Origin: an uncultured virus (IMG/VR IMGVR_UViG_2811995017_000004)
Lineage: Duplodnaviria > Heunggongvirae > Uroviricota > Caudoviricetes
Length of the DNA: 64,000 bases
IMG/VR virus record: IMGVR_UViG_2811995017_000004
Coordinates: 1-64,000 of that record
Reading direction: 5' to 3' (one strand)
Shown: one piece after another, positions 1 through 9,606 of the stretch
Layout: each line of letters opens with the position of its first letter
Position numbering within the stretch: position 1 is the first letter of the stretch
Translations under genes and position numbers: made by a program
The notes under the pieces: generated by a model
The model's database searches: none
What the model was told of the DNA's origin: nothing
What the model saw: the letters and a program-made list of their open reading frames with translations, nothing else

Positions 1-414
1 TCATACGCGCGGCGCGTCTTCTTTCAGGTCAAGATCCTGGCTTTTAATGGTCATTAAATCATTCTTCAAATAGCAGTCTCCCATCAAAAGCCGCATTGCC
101 TGAGAACGGATTGATTTTTCGATTAAATTGCGGACAAAGCGGCCGTTGCTGAATTTTGCCGGACTCACCGTGCTTTTGACCGCCATCAAATGGTCTTTCA
201 GCTTCCATTCCGCCTCAGGGCTGAACTGGTATTCTCTTTCAGCCATCATCCGTTTGGCAATATCCATCAGCTGACTGACCGAATAATCGGGAAAATCGAT
301 GCTGATCGGAAACCTGGACTGGAGGCCGGGATTTAATGAGAGAAAATGATCCATTTCCCGTGAATAGCCGGCCAGAATGAGGATAAATTCATTGCGTTTA
401 TCTTCCATATGTTT
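1..414 (-). CDS. spoVK: 3' half of host spoVK (stage V sporulation AAA+ ATPase), interrupted by the prophage
   Basis: Reads KH-MEDKRNEFILILAGYSREMDHFLSLNPGLQSRFP...SNGRFVRN, matching the Bacillus SpoVK C-terminal half. GC-richer than the DNA beyond ~415. Similarity to the recalled LVKHMEDK ends at ~415. Confidence 0.92.
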   Translation of the reverse strand, partial: KHMEDKRNEFILILAGYSREMDHFLSLNPGLQSRFPISIDFPDYSVSQLMDIAKRMMAEREYQFSPEAEWKLKDHLMAVKSTVSPAKFSNGRFVRNLIEKSIRSQAMRLLMGDCYLKNDLMTIKSQDLDLKEDAPRV

Positions 415-2083
415 GAATATGGTTTAAGTTTCTGTGCGAGTTATCAAGAATTGCTCCCATCTCTTCGTTGAAGAGTACACCTTGAGTTTTCTGATCATCA
501 TTTCCCTTCCAGACAATTTCCATATGGTCATCATCAAACAATGTTACCTTTTCGATGAAAAAATCAATGAGTTTTCTTTTTTCATCCATTGAAAGATCTT
601 TGTCAACCATTTCGGAAAAAGATTCTACATATTGCATTATTTTTTGGTTTTTGTCTTCAACTTCTTTATTTGTTTTTAGCTGAGATTTAACTACGCTCAA
701 TTCATTTTCAACATACTTTTTGTTTTGTTCAAGTGGTTGAGTTAATTTATCAAACATGTCTTCGTTTATTTTTCCTTTACCAAAGAGAATCACGTAATTT
801 GCAATTTCTGAATCAATTCCTTCAATTTGTTTCTCTAGCTTGTTCGCTTTATTTTTTAGTTCTTCAATTTTCTTTTCATTTGAAGTTTCAGCTAATAATC
901 GTTCTAAAAATTCAGTCGGATTCTTTAGCAACTTCTTAAACCATTTCCAGAATACATCATCCACAATGTCAACTCGCCAATTCTTACCATGACATTGCAA
1001 CACTTTCTTCCCATTATGATAGCCTTTCGCATTTTTTCTTCTACACGCATAATACTTATATACACCTGATTTTGATCTTGAAACACTTCCTGATCCACAT
1101 GAGCTTCCGCAACGGCCACATTTAGCTTTATTTTTCAATAAATAGTCTCTCGGTGATCGACGTCCACCTTTTCTGTTCGCCTTTAAGTGTTTTATAATCT
1201 GATCTCTTGTCTCATGATCCCACATTGGAGGAATTTTAATTAAAACCCATTCCTCTTCAGGTGTTGGGACTTGTTTTTTCTCTCCGTTTATTTGAACCAC
1301 CTTGGACTTTCCATAATAAAAATCCCCTGTGTAGTCCTCATTTTGAAGAATTCTACTTACTGTTGCTTGATACCAGATGTCGCCATCAGGTGCAGGTAAT
1401 CCTCTTCGTGAAAGTTCTTTGGCTATTTCATTTGAAGACATTCCTTGTATTAAGAGCATGTTTTTCATTTCAAGTAATATTGCTCGTTCTTCTTCGTTAT
1501 ATTCTGGAATGTCAGTTTCTTTATTGAATGTATACCCATATAGCCTTTTAAACGATGGGAATTCGCCTTTTTTGGCCTTAGCGAACCTGCCCCTTTTAGA
1601 ATTTGCACTGATTTTTGCTTTATTGTATTGGGCAATAGATCCTTGGATATTGTACATAAGCATAGATTCTGGATTTGTTGGATCTACTTCAAATTCAATG
1701 AATTCAATATCAACACCCATTGACCAAATTTTTCGAGAAACAATACCTTGTAATGTATTATCTCTTGTTAATCGATCTGGATGTAGGACAATAAATTTCT
1801 TTCCCAATCCTTTTTCCATTAAATACAAAGCATGATTAAGAGCAGGTCTATTGGGGTCATCCCCCATTTTACCTGGCTCGATCAGAGCGATTAATTCACT
1901 ATCCTTATATCCGAATTTTGTTATTGCTCTTTCTTTACATCTATCAATCTGCGATTCTAATGAATAACCTTTTTTAGCTTGATCGGCTGTAGACACCCTT
2001 ACATAAATAATTGCATTTATTCTTCCGATCAGCCCCATTATTTGCTCTGTGTTTAGTCTTTCTTCTCCTTTGAGTATAAGCAA
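398..2083 (-). CDS. Large serine recombinase (prophage integrase)
   Basis: YVRVST catalytic Ser motif, DRLTR, recombinase domain, Zn ribbon (CGRC...YYAC...C) and coiled coil. Likely TTG start at 2083 after GGAGG; the ORF is open to 2098. Confidence 0.95.
   Translation of the reverse strand: MLILKGEERLNTEQIMGLIGRINAIIYVRVSTADQAKKGYSLESQIDRCKERAITKFGYKDSELIALIEPGKMGDDPNRPALNHALYLMEKGLGKKFIVLHPDRLTRDNTLQGIVSRKIWSMGVDIEFIEFEVDPTNPESMLMYNIQGSIAQYNKAKISANSKRGRFAKAKKGEFPSFKRLYGYTFNKETDIPEYNEEERAILLEMKNMLLIQGMSSNEIAKELSRRGLPAPDGDIWYQATVSRILQNEDYTGDFYYGKSKVVQINGEKKQVPTPEEEWVLIKIPPMWDHETRDQIIKHLKANRKGGRRSPRDYLLKNKAKCGRCGSSCGSGSVSRSKSGVYKYYACRRKNAKGYHNGKKVLQCHGKNWRVDIVDDVFWKWFKKLLKNPTEFLERLLAETSNEKKIEELKNKANKLEKQIEGIDSEIANYVILFGKGKINEDMFDKLTQPLEQNKKYVENELSVVKSQLKTNKEVEDKNQKIMQYVESFSEMVDKDLSMDEKRKLIDFFIEKVTLFDDDHMEIVWKGNDDQKTQGVLFNEEMGAILDNSHRNLNHIQTYGR
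405..445. other. Prophage/host attachment junction (att) within spoVK; crossover about 412-417
   Basis: Abrupt switch from the spoVK frame to the integrase 3' end. The exact core cannot be fixed without the other junction. Confidence 0.75.
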
Positions 2084-2129
2084 TTCATCTACCTCCAATT
2101 GCTTTATCCTTTATGCTATATAAATTAAC

Positions 2130-2157
2130 AAGTATATCACCCGAAGGTGATACACTT
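2130..2157 (-). terminator. Intrinsic terminator-like hairpin between the small ORF and the integrase
   Basis: AAGTGTATCACC-TTCG-GGTGATATACTT on the minus strand. Confidence 0.7.
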
Positions 2158-2163
2158 GAATGC

Positions 2164-2310
2164 CTATATCTTTTTATACTTGTACATTAAGGATACAGCA
2201 AAATCATAAAATTTTTTACTTCGCATCACCTCCTTAATCCATTCTTGAGCTTCCTCAGTTATTTCTGTTGTTACTTTATAATTTTCTGGGCATTCTATCC
2301 GTCTACTCAT
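2164..2310 (-). CDS. 48-aa protein, candidate recombination directionality factor
   Basis: Not in the ORF track: MSRRIECPENYKVTTEITEEAQEWIKEVMRSKKFYDFAVSLMYKYKKI. Has a GGGGTGG RBS and an ATGA overlap with the recU-like gene. Same position as SPbeta sprB (after yotM). Confidence 0.6.
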   Translation of the reverse strand: MSRRIECPENYKVTTEITEEAQEWIKEVMRSKKFYDFAVSLMYKYKKI

Positions 2311-2909
2311 TGATGTACCACCCCTAATGATGACTTGGTGCAATCAATGTATGTTGATGTAGGATTGTCCAATGACATATGTTTATATATAAGCTCATTG
2401 CAGAGCTTGTTCAGATAATATGTATAATTGATTTTTTTCTTCATCCATCTGACTTCAGTCCCGATCTCCTCACAGATCTTGATCGGTATACTTGATTTAT
2501 TAATTTTATTCTTATATGTATGTCCTAACTGATTTTCAGCTATATGTTTATATGTAAGGAAATCATCAATATGTACGAAATATACTTTGTTTTCCGGTTC
2601 CCTGAATTGAAACAGGAATCCAGGAATTATGTATGGATATTTAGCTGCTTCCGCGAGATATTTGATTTGTTGAGGCTTTATAATTTTCTCGCTGAATGAG
2701 AAGGACTTATTCTTCGTCGATTTCATCTCAACAGGGAACAAGTATCCTTTATAATGAATGAAACAATCATATTTGTTTTTGGATACTGCAGCCCCTCTTC
2801 TCAAAAACATGGGATTGACATCTTTTATTCTGTAAAAGAAAATGTTTTGATCTTTTGCTGATTTTTCAACATTTGCTTCAAATACTTTACCTTGATTACT
2901 TGCTACCAA
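2307..2909 (-). CDS. yotM: RecU-like Holliday junction resolvase
   Basis: N.GKVFE...YD...VEMKST...IKPQQIKYL RecU/PD-(D/E)xK motifs; synteny. Confidence 0.85.
   Translation of the reverse strand: MVASNQGKVFEANVEKSAKDQNIFFYRIKDVNPMFLRRGAAVSKNKYDCFIHYKGYLFPVEMKSTKNKSFSFSEKIIKPQQIKYLAEAAKYPYIIPGFLFQFREPENKVYFVHIDDFLTYKHIAENQLGHTYKNKINKSSIPIKICEEIGTEVRWMKKKINYTYYLNKLCNELIYKHMSLDNPTSTYIDCTKSSLGVVHQ
2346..2375 (-). promoter_or_regulatory. Putative sigmaE (mother-cell) promoter upstream of the candidate RDF
   Basis: TCATTGG-N15-CATACATT, about 35 nt before the ATG at 2310. Confidence 0.5.
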
Positions 2910-2957
2910 TAAACCACTCTCCCGTTCTAATTTTTAATTCGTTTTCTCTTTAAGACT

Positions 2958-3134
2958 TCATTCCTTTTTCATCATCACCCGACACTGATGCATAAGCTCC
3001 TCATTATCGTTTGAAAGATTAATAAGGTTTCGGTGAGCTCTTGAATAGTCATTTCCCTTTAACGCCTCTGTTGCGGTATCTAGATTTCTCTGAATCTTGT
3101 TTAAAATCGATTCAAATTGATTACTCTGTTCCAT
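2958..3134 (-). CDS. Small hypothetical phage protein
   Basis: AAGGAGG RBS before MEQSNQF; overlaps the NADAR stop. Confidence 0.65.
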   Translation of the reverse strand: MEQSNQFESILNKIQRNLDTATEALKGNDYSRAHRNLINLSNDNEELMHQCRVMMKKE

Positions 3135-3561
3135 CCGAAGCCTCCTTAAGTTCATTTCTTACCTTCATTAGAATTTTCCCCAGTTTGTTTTCTCCGACTC
3201 CATTACAAACTCCCCAAATCTTGTCTCCCCAAGTATTACCTTCGATTAAAATTGATTCTCCAGTTTGTAAAAGCTTATTTTTGAGGTGAGCATTCTGCTC
3301 AAATTTAGCTTTCACGATTTCATACATGAACGTTTCCTTTACTTCCTCCCAATCTAGTCTCAGCTTAACTCTTCGTCCTTTCCTTTTGGCCAAATTAGGG
3401 GGAAGGTCTGAAAACTCCGAGTGAATCGATTTGTCTGTTACTTTCATTGCTTGAAAGGCAGCTTCATTATTTTGATATGTGATTCCTTGATACATTACTG
3501 GGGCTGAATAAAAATTACTTAAGAAATAATACTTGCCTTTAAATTCATCAATTACATCCAA
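3121..3561 (-). CDS. NADAR (YbiA-like) ADP-ribosyl-guanine hydrolase family protein
   Basis: FLSNFY, EAAFQAMK, AKFEQN, LLQTG..LIEGN.WGD..WG, GENKLGKILM motifs. Confidence 0.9.
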   Translation of the reverse strand: MDVIDEFKGKYYFLSNFYSAPVMYQGITYQNNEAAFQAMKVTDKSIHSEFSDLPPNLAKRKGRRVKLRLDWEEVKETFMYEIVKAKFEQNAHLKNKLLQTGESILIEGNTWGDKIWGVCNGVGENKLGKILMKVRNELKEASDGTE

Positions 3562-4045
3562 TTCATATCATCCCTTTTAATTAGTTTATTTAAAAGACCG
3601 ATTTTATCTAATTTTTATTTCACCTTATTTAAATTAAAAGACAAGTGTAGTGTATCCAATAAACTGTATAGTGACTTAAGAAATTCTTCGCTGCATTCTT
3701 GAATAAGAATAAAATATTCTTCAGTCGTCCGATTAAAAACGAAAACTATTCTAATCAATAGAACACCCCTCCCCAAATCACAGAAATTAAATTTCATTAG
3801 AATGAAGAACTTGATATCCTGTGTTTCTGAATCTGTTAAGTTCAAATCTGCAGCATGATCCATGCTGTTGTAACCATGAATGCTCAGCTCCTTTTAAGCT
3901 TGTAGATCTAACTGTACCAATCTTCAACTACACCAATACTTTATAATTGTTATACTATAATGAGAACCCCATTAATCATTAAAAACTGGTAATACAAATG
4001 TTGTTTTAGACTTTCGAATACATACTAATAACTGGAGGTTTATTT

Positions 4046-5140
4046 ATGACAAGCTACTCAAAAACTATAAGTCACGATTTACAAGGTGTAACCAAATTAT
4101 TAATAGAAGGACGAACTTTACCTAATTATGCGTCAGGCCCCGTATTCTCTCTTTTTCGTGATATATGTACAATTCTTTACGAAACAAACAAAGTATTAAA
4201 AGAAGAAGGGGTAATTCATTCAGATTTACCGAATATGGATATAATTAAAGAAATCCGTCATAAAGTAAAAACTAATCAAGGTAGGTTAAATAGGGAAATT
4301 TTCAACAAACTCCTAAACGGACATAGAAATATTTTTGGTAGTGATATAGATAATCTAGGCTTTTATCTGGATAATGATATTTTAGCCAGCAGTACACTAT
4401 TTCCAACCTTCGTTTTCGCTGGCACTCCATTGTTTAATCAAAACCAATTTGATAAAGAATTTTTCTCTAATTTCATACCTTTTATTGGCTCATTGACAAG
4501 CAAAATTATCAATATTATTAATCAGCCGCTCGATTTATACTCAAACCAGTTGATCATTCGTGATGCAAAGGAATATAGCAACAAGGATATTTGGGACAGA
4601 AGATTCTTTAAAGAAGACATTACATATAATATATTCTTAACTCGACTTCTCCTTATTCAAAATGAGCTTACTACCTGCATATGGGTGGAAAATCACTTGG
4701 ACTATAATTCACAAAAGTTTAACCTTGATAAATACATATTATTACGTTTAACATCCATAAAGTTATATGAGACAATGCGAAACATATTAGATATCCGAAA
4801 CCGAAAAGAACTCAAACAACATTGGAAAGCTTTCAATTTTAACACCTTAGATACTTTAATTGAGAAGTATGAAAGCACACTTCAAGATGAGATGAAAACT
4901 CTAAGAGATATGCTCCATTATGACAACAAGGGAGTTAATTTTTATGATTATATTGAACAAAAATTTGATGAAGATTCTAACTACCCGGATGAATTAATCA
5001 AAACAATATTTAATGATTATATCCATATCATCAGGAATGCAATCTCAGTTAACATCAACATTCAGTCTTATGAAAGCATGACTGATACTGAGAAAATCAC
5101 TCGCAGGTCAAAAAGTTTTTCAAATGAATCATTTAATTAA
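4046..5140 (+). CDS. 364-aa hypothetical moron protein, possible HEPN-like defence protein
   Basis: Long ORF opposite to its neighbours with a GGAGG RBS. Helical composition with LRDMLHY near the C-terminus. Confidence 0.8.
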   Translation: MTSYSKTISHDLQGVTKLLIEGRTLPNYASGPVFSLFRDICTILYETNKVLKEEGVIHSDLPNMDIIKEIRHKVKTNQGRLNREIFNKLLNGHRNIFGSDIDNLGFYLDNDILASSTLFPTFVFAGTPLFNQNQFDKEFFSNFIPFIGSLTSKIINIINQPLDLYSNQLIIRDAKEYSNKDIWDRRFFKEDITYNIFLTRLLLIQNELTTCIWVENHLDYNSQKFNLDKYILLRLTSIKLYETMRNILDIRNRKELKQHWKAFNFNTLDTLIEKYESTLQDEMKTLRDMLHYDNKGVNFYDYIEQKFDEDSNYPDELIKTIFNDYIHIIRNAISVNINIQSYESMTDTEKITRRSKSFSNESFN

Positions 5141-5165
5141 TGTTCATTGACATATGAGATTATAT

Positions 5166-5222
5166 AATGCAACAAAGATAGATAAAGTTTTTTATTATAC
5201 TCATTTATCTTTGTTGCATTTT
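5166..5222 (+). terminator. 15-bp perfect inverted repeat after the 364-aa gene
   Basis: AATGCAACAAAGATA ... TATCTTTGTTGCATT. Confidence 0.6.
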
Positions 5223-5337
5223 AATGGCTGACATAAATAACATTATCATAATCTCATCATGGTCTACATAAATCTTTTATTTTCTAACTCGATCTTTCCA
5301 TTAAGAGTCCAATTCTAATTAAAATTAGAATTTCATT

Positions 5338-6150
5338 TCAAATCTCAAAGGTTTTGACCTCAAACTCTTCATTACCTGGTATCTCGTTTACACTCGGATA
5401 CTTATCGTAGTCGTATGGATACCTAATACAGTTCATGTGAAAGCTTGTCACCTCATGATTAAACTCAGTTTGCAAATGTTCATGCCCACAAATCCAATGT
5501 TTAGCATTAATGAATGGTACATCGACCATATAGCAGCTATTAGGTTCAAATGGAGAAAAAGGATTATGAACAGGAGGGACATGAGAAACAAACACATCGA
5601 TGTGAGTTTTTTCGAGCGTTTCATACCAATCCATCGAACCTTTCCACATTGCTCTTACTCCATCTTCCTTACTGTAACCATTAATGCTAATGTAGTTTGA
5701 GTCATTAGAGACTCCTTTGAAGAAATCCCATCCTTCAATCCCTTTTGGTAAATACCACATAACATCTCCTGCAAAGACTTTCCCTTTGAAAGTATCCGTT
5801 GACTTGATTAACGGAGTCACATTCTTTATGTCATCAGCCTTTTTGATTAAATCATTCACCCTTCCCAATGAATCAGAGTATCTTCTTTTTTGGTTTTTGC
5901 TTAGTATATAAAGATCATGATTTCCATATGTGAAGTAAACCTTCTCGTATTGTTTTGCTACTTCATCTAAAACCCAAATGGCTTGCTGATTCCATTCAGT
6001 AAAATCACCAGCAATGATTAATACCTCTCCATTACCGTTTGAAATTAGTCTCTTAACAAGCTCCCTTGTTCGCTTCTCCCATTTGAGTTGGTTATTATTC
6101 CAAGGAATCCAATGATTGATATGGAGATCTGATACATAGTCAATTTTCAT
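5338..6150 (-). CDS. yotB: Calcineurin-like metallophosphoesterase
   Basis: SDLH, AGD, GNHD, SHVPP, GHEH motifs. Confidence 0.9.
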   Translation of the reverse strand: MKIDYVSDLHINHWIPWNNNQLKWEKRTRELVKRLISNGNGEVLIIAGDFTEWNQQAIWVLDEVAKQYEKVYFTYGNHDLYILSKNQKRRYSDSLGRVNDLIKKADDIKNVTPLIKSTDTFKGKVFAGDVMWYLPKGIEGWDFFKGVSNDSNYISINGYSKEDGVRAMWKGSMDWYETLEKTHIDVFVSHVPPVHNPFSPFEPNSCYMVDVPFINAKHWICGHEHLQTEFNHEVTSFHMNCIRYPYDYDKYPSVNEIPGNEEFEVKTFEI

Positions 6151-6196
6151 TTTATCCTCCCATTTTTCATCATGAACAATTAAAATTTGTAAACGT

Positions 6197-6225
6197 GTAT
6201 AAATTTAAATAATACTTCCATAATA
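6197..6225 (+). promoter_or_regulatory. sigmaG-type forespore promoter of the SASP gene
   Basis: GTATA-N17-CATAATA. Confidence 0.7.
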
Positions 6226-6271
6226 TAATTCGAACAAGTTTGATTACATTACACTTTAGGAGATGATTTGT

Positions 6272-6472
6272 ATGGCACGCAACAATAATAATGAATTACT
6301 TATTCCAAATGCTCAGTCAGCTATTGAACAAATGAAGCTTGAAATAGCTCAAGAGTTTGGTGTTCAATTAGGTGCAGAGACTACTTCAAGAGCAAATGGT
6401 TCAGTTGGTGGAGAAATTACTAAACGTCTTGTTCAAATGGCTCAACAACAAATGGGTGGACAATTACATTAA
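6272..6472 (+). CDS. sspC: alpha/beta-type small acid-soluble spore protein
   Basis: [10 protein letters not shown]...[18 protein letters not shown] signature; followed by a GAGGGG-TCAT-CCCCTC hairpin. Confidence 0.95.
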   Translation: MARNNNNELLIPNAQSAIEQMKLEIAQEFGVQLGAETTSRANGSVGGEITKRLVQMAQQQMGGQLH

Positions 6473-6733
6473 CAACTACATGAGGGGTCATCCCCTCTAC
6501 ATTCCTTTCACACTCTCTCCCTTTCTACATGAAATACAGCTTTCATATAGAATCAATTGTGTCAGTGGATAGAGATCTCACTTAGACCTAAAGTTAATAA
6601 CACCGAATGCAGATGTCATAAATCCATATATCCCAGCATATATCCACTCCGCATTGAATAATGCCAACATGACCATTGCAGCTCCATAAATACCAAATAT
6701 GTAGCTAAAACCCTACTAGCTTTATCCGGGAAT

Positions 6734-7183
6734 CTAAATCACCTCCGTCCGGCTGTCGTCGATGATTTTTGCGTGTTTGACAGCAATAGATGTAAGCGCG
6801 GCTCTTCCGCCCCCTGTTGGTTCACCATCGGCAACTACAGTCGCATACTCAATCGTTTTATAGAATCCGCGGTAAGCGACAACATCTCCCACACGAACCT
6901 CAGTCGGCTGCGGTGCGTTAAGATATTCGTCAGGTACTTCGAGTCCAAGTGCGCGATGGAGAGCGATGGCTTCTCCGATATGAACGTTGAAGCAGTCGTT
7001 CGGTGCGGCCTTGGCGATTCCTCTGCGGACTATGTTCGTACATCCTCTCAGCTTTCTCAAAACCACGACGGTTCTTTTTTCGGTGTTTACGATGAATTCG
7101 TGATCATGTCCGATGTCTCTTTTGAGTAAACCCGATACATCCGCCTTCGCCTTCGTAATTACCGGCCTTTTAATTTCGCTCAT
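6734..7183 (-). CDS. Hypothetical phage protein (GC-richer segment)
   Basis: AAGGAGG RBS; GIAKAAP.DCFNVHIG.AIAL motif typical of Bacillus phage hypotheticals. Confidence 0.75.
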   Translation of the reverse strand: MSEIKRPVITKAKADVSGLLKRDIGHDHEFIVNTEKRTVVVLRKLRGCTNIVRRGIAKAAPNDCFNVHIGEAIALHRALGLEVPDEYLNAPQPTEVRVGDVVAYRGFYKTIEYATVVADGEPTGGGRAALTSIAVKHAKIIDDSRTEVI

Positions 7184-7195
7184 CTTAGCGCCTCC

Positions 7196-7579
7196 TTATA
7201 CTGAGAATGCCTCGTATATCTCCCGGATCTCTTTTGATAATTCCGTATAGTCCGTCTTACTTTCGTCCAAAGCTGGCAAGCAATCCGCGAGCATTTTAAT
7301 AAGTTTAACGTTGTATTCGTCGCATTCTTCGTATAGATATTTGTGGAATTCATCGGAAGCCTTCATCCGCTCGACCGTTTGCTTTACGAGGTCTCTTACG
7401 CCCTCCGGATAAGCTACCGCATATTCGAGTGTGCCTTCCTCGAATCCGTAATCTTTCGGCAGCATATCGCGAATAGCCGCGAGTTCTCTTGCCCAGCGCT
7501 CGTTTTCTTCCTTCAACCGCTCGTTTTCCGCAATCAATTCGGCTATGGTACAGCGTAGGTCTGCGATTTCGTCCGCCAT
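7196..7579 (-). CDS. Hypothetical coiled-coil phage protein
   Basis: GGAGGTG RBS; ORF track. Confidence 0.75.
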   Translation of the reverse strand: MADEIADLRCTIAELIAENERLKEENERWARELAAIRDMLPKDYGFEEGTLEYAVAYPEGVRDLVKQTVERMKASDEFHKYLYEECDEYNVKLIKMLADCLPALDESKTDYTELSKEIREIYEAFSV

Positions 7580-7599
7580 GTTTTTTCACCTCCATTGGT

Positions 7600-7851
7600 T
7601 TATTTGTCTTTCTTGATTTGTTTAACATAGAATTCTTTGTAAAATGATTTATCGCATCCACATACAGGGCACACTTCGATCCTTTCATCAAAACCATCGT
7701 AATCCATGACTTGCTTATAGCTTGGTTTCTCGAATAAATGTCCTTCATGACACATATAAACCTTTTCAGAATCATCTTCTGTGACAGAGATGAATATCAA
7801 TGTTAAAGAAATAAGAATTAGAAAAAAACAAACCACCTCTCGACACCCCAA
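7600..7851 (-). CDS. Hypothetical Zn-ribbon protein (start uncertain)
   Basis: C.EGH and CPVC motifs. Confidence 0.55.
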   Translation of the reverse strand: MGCREVVCFFLILISLTLIFISVTEDDSEKVYMCHEGHLFEKPSYKQVMDYDGFDERIEVCPVCGCDKSFYKEFYVKQIKKDK

Positions 7852-7872
7852 TATATTTTTAATTAGTTTATA

Positions 7873-8238
7873 TCACTTAATTTCATTCAACTCACCTTTC
7901 AATATGAAAAACTCATGATCCAATTCTTTCAATCTTTTATTTATTATGTATGCTTTACCGTTTTTCATTTCAAATAGATCAGAGTACTTCCCTGGATTAG
8001 TTCTAATAATCTTAAAAGCTATTGTTGCGCTTACCCATTTCTTATTTTCAATTTGCTGAAGCACTTTACTCATTTCAAACAATAAATCAAGCTGCTCTTT
8101 ATCTTGTTCAGTTTCCAGTTTTAATATGTCACGCTCCTTTTCAAGTATCTTCCCTTGAAGAACCTGGCTCTCCTTTTCCAATTCAGCTTGCTTTGTTTCT
8201 AAATTGTCATTATGTAAATCATTCATTTCAGAATTCAA
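7873..8238 (-). CDS. Hypothetical protein
   Basis: GGGGTG RBS; ORF track. Confidence 0.7.
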   Translation of the reverse strand: MNSEMNDLHNDNLETKQAELEKESQVLQGKILEKERDILKLETEQDKEQLDLLFEMSKVLQQIENKKWVSATIAFKIIRTNPGKYSDLFEMKNGKAYIINKRLKELDHEFFILKGELNEIK

Positions 8239-8364
8239 CTGATCACCCCTTGAATCAAAATAAAATATTAGTTTTATTCAGTTTTCACTTTTAATTCGTT
8301 TGTTAATTGTTAAAAAAATGACCCCCTATGAATGAAATAAGAGCAAGCCTCTCGGCTTACTCCC

Positions 8365-8393
8365 ATTATATCCTTTTAATTTGTTTAAGTCTA
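8365..8393 (-). promoter_or_regulatory. sigmaA promoter with the conserved spacer element
   Basis: TAGACT-taaacaaattaaaagga-TATAAT. Confidence 0.75.
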
Positions 8394-8424
8394 TAATTTT
8401 TTAAAATTTTTTTCCTCATAATTC

Positions 8425-9276
8425 CTATATTGCCACTTCTAATTTGACCTGATCATGAGGATTATAACCAGCCAACATGAAATGTTCAGGCTTGAAATCA
8501 TAAAAATTCTTTATTGAATCATCCATAATAAGTTTAGGTGCAGCTAACGGTTCACGCTTAACAATTTCTTTTGCTTGATCAATATGGCGATCATAAATAT
8601 GTAAATTGTTTATGTAATGATGAAACTTCCCTGGTTTATATCCGCACACTTGAGCAATCATATGCTGCAATAAAGAATACTGAGTAACATTTATGTTTCC
8701 TGCAACGAGATAATCGGATGAACGCTGGATAAGAGTCATGTTTAAATACTCGCCATCATAGTCCCACATTGTCAGAAAAGCGCATGGATACAGCGTCATT
8801 CCATGAAGATCTTGGTGATTGTACAAATTGGTGATCATTCGTCTGCTATATGGGTTGTTTTTCAAATCCCAAATTAACCTGTCAATCTGATTGAAGTAAC
8901 CTTCTTTGTATTGATGTTCATACTTCATTTGTCTTCCATAAGCTAAACCAAGATTCCCGTCTTTATTAGCCCAACTACGCCAATACTTAACTCCGTATTT
9001 CTCTTCTAGCAACTGTACATCGTTAGCTTGATCTTGGTAAATCCAAAGAATTTCTTTCAGTCCCGATTTAAAAGCTGTTGGCCGTAAAGTAGCAATAGGA
9101 AATTCTTTTTGCAAATCATATTCATTCAACACTCCAAAGCACTTCAACGTATAAGCAGGTGTTTGATCAGACCACTTGGGACGAATTTTTTGTCCCTTAT
9201 CTGATTTTCCCTCGGATAGTACTCTTTTTAAATTTGATTTTAAAACTGTATCTGCAATGTTAGCGATATTGTTCAC
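8425..9276 (-). CDS. thyA: Thymidylate synthase
   Basis: GLAYG.Q, P.SRR, LYPC, QRSSD, N.HIYDRH motifs. Confidence 0.95.
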   Translation of the reverse strand: MNNIANIADTVLKSNLKRVLSEGKSDKGQKIRPKWSDQTPAYTLKCFGVLNEYDLQKEFPIATLRPTAFKSGLKEILWIYQDQANDVQLLEEKYGVKYWRSWANKDGNLGLAYGRQMKYEHQYKEGYFNQIDRLIWDLKNNPYSRRMITNLYNHQDLHGMTLYPCAFLTMWDYDGEYLNMTLIQRSSDYLVAGNINVTQYSLLQHMIAQVCGYKPGKFHHYINNLHIYDRHIDQAKEIVKREPLAAPKLIMDDSIKNFYDFKPEHFMLAGYNPHDQVKLEVAI

Positions 9277-9277
9277 C

Positions 9278-9565
9278 TCATTTTAGTCCATTTATTAGTT
9301 CGTCCATATTCTCCTTGACACTTTTCTGAACCGCATCGGGTAAAGCTTTAATTTTATTATTGATTGTTGTGCTTCCTACATTGCGTATTTTTTCAGTTAA
9401 TTCAAGACAAGCATCTAAAGATAAGTCTCCAATTTCATTAAACTCCCCCTGGATTTTATGAAGGACATCAAGGTACAAGTCATCTGATTCTTCAAAAACA
9501 GACAATGTTTGTTCTAGTTTCTCGATCTTTTCTAAGCGCTGCTTTATTTCATCTACCCTATTCAT
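9278..9565 (-). CDS. Hypothetical protein
   Basis: GAGGAGG RBS before MNRVDE. Confidence 0.7.
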   Translation of the reverse strand: MNRVDEIKQRLEKIEKLEQTLSVFEESDDLYLDVLHKIQGEFNEIGDLSLDACLELTEKIRNVGSTTINNKIKALPDAVQKSVKENMDELINGLK

Positions 9566-9606
9566 TTTGCACCTCCTCAATAATTACGATAAAAGTCTTC
9601 TTTTAT

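Noticed and set aside
733..1835. Plus-strand and alternate-frame ORFs inside the integrase, and similar shadow ORFs across the window
   Set aside because: Antisense or overlapping to well-supported genes, with no RBS or motifs.
3615..3863. 82-aa minus-strand ORF
   Set aside because: No convincing RBS or family motif; may be decayed sequence.
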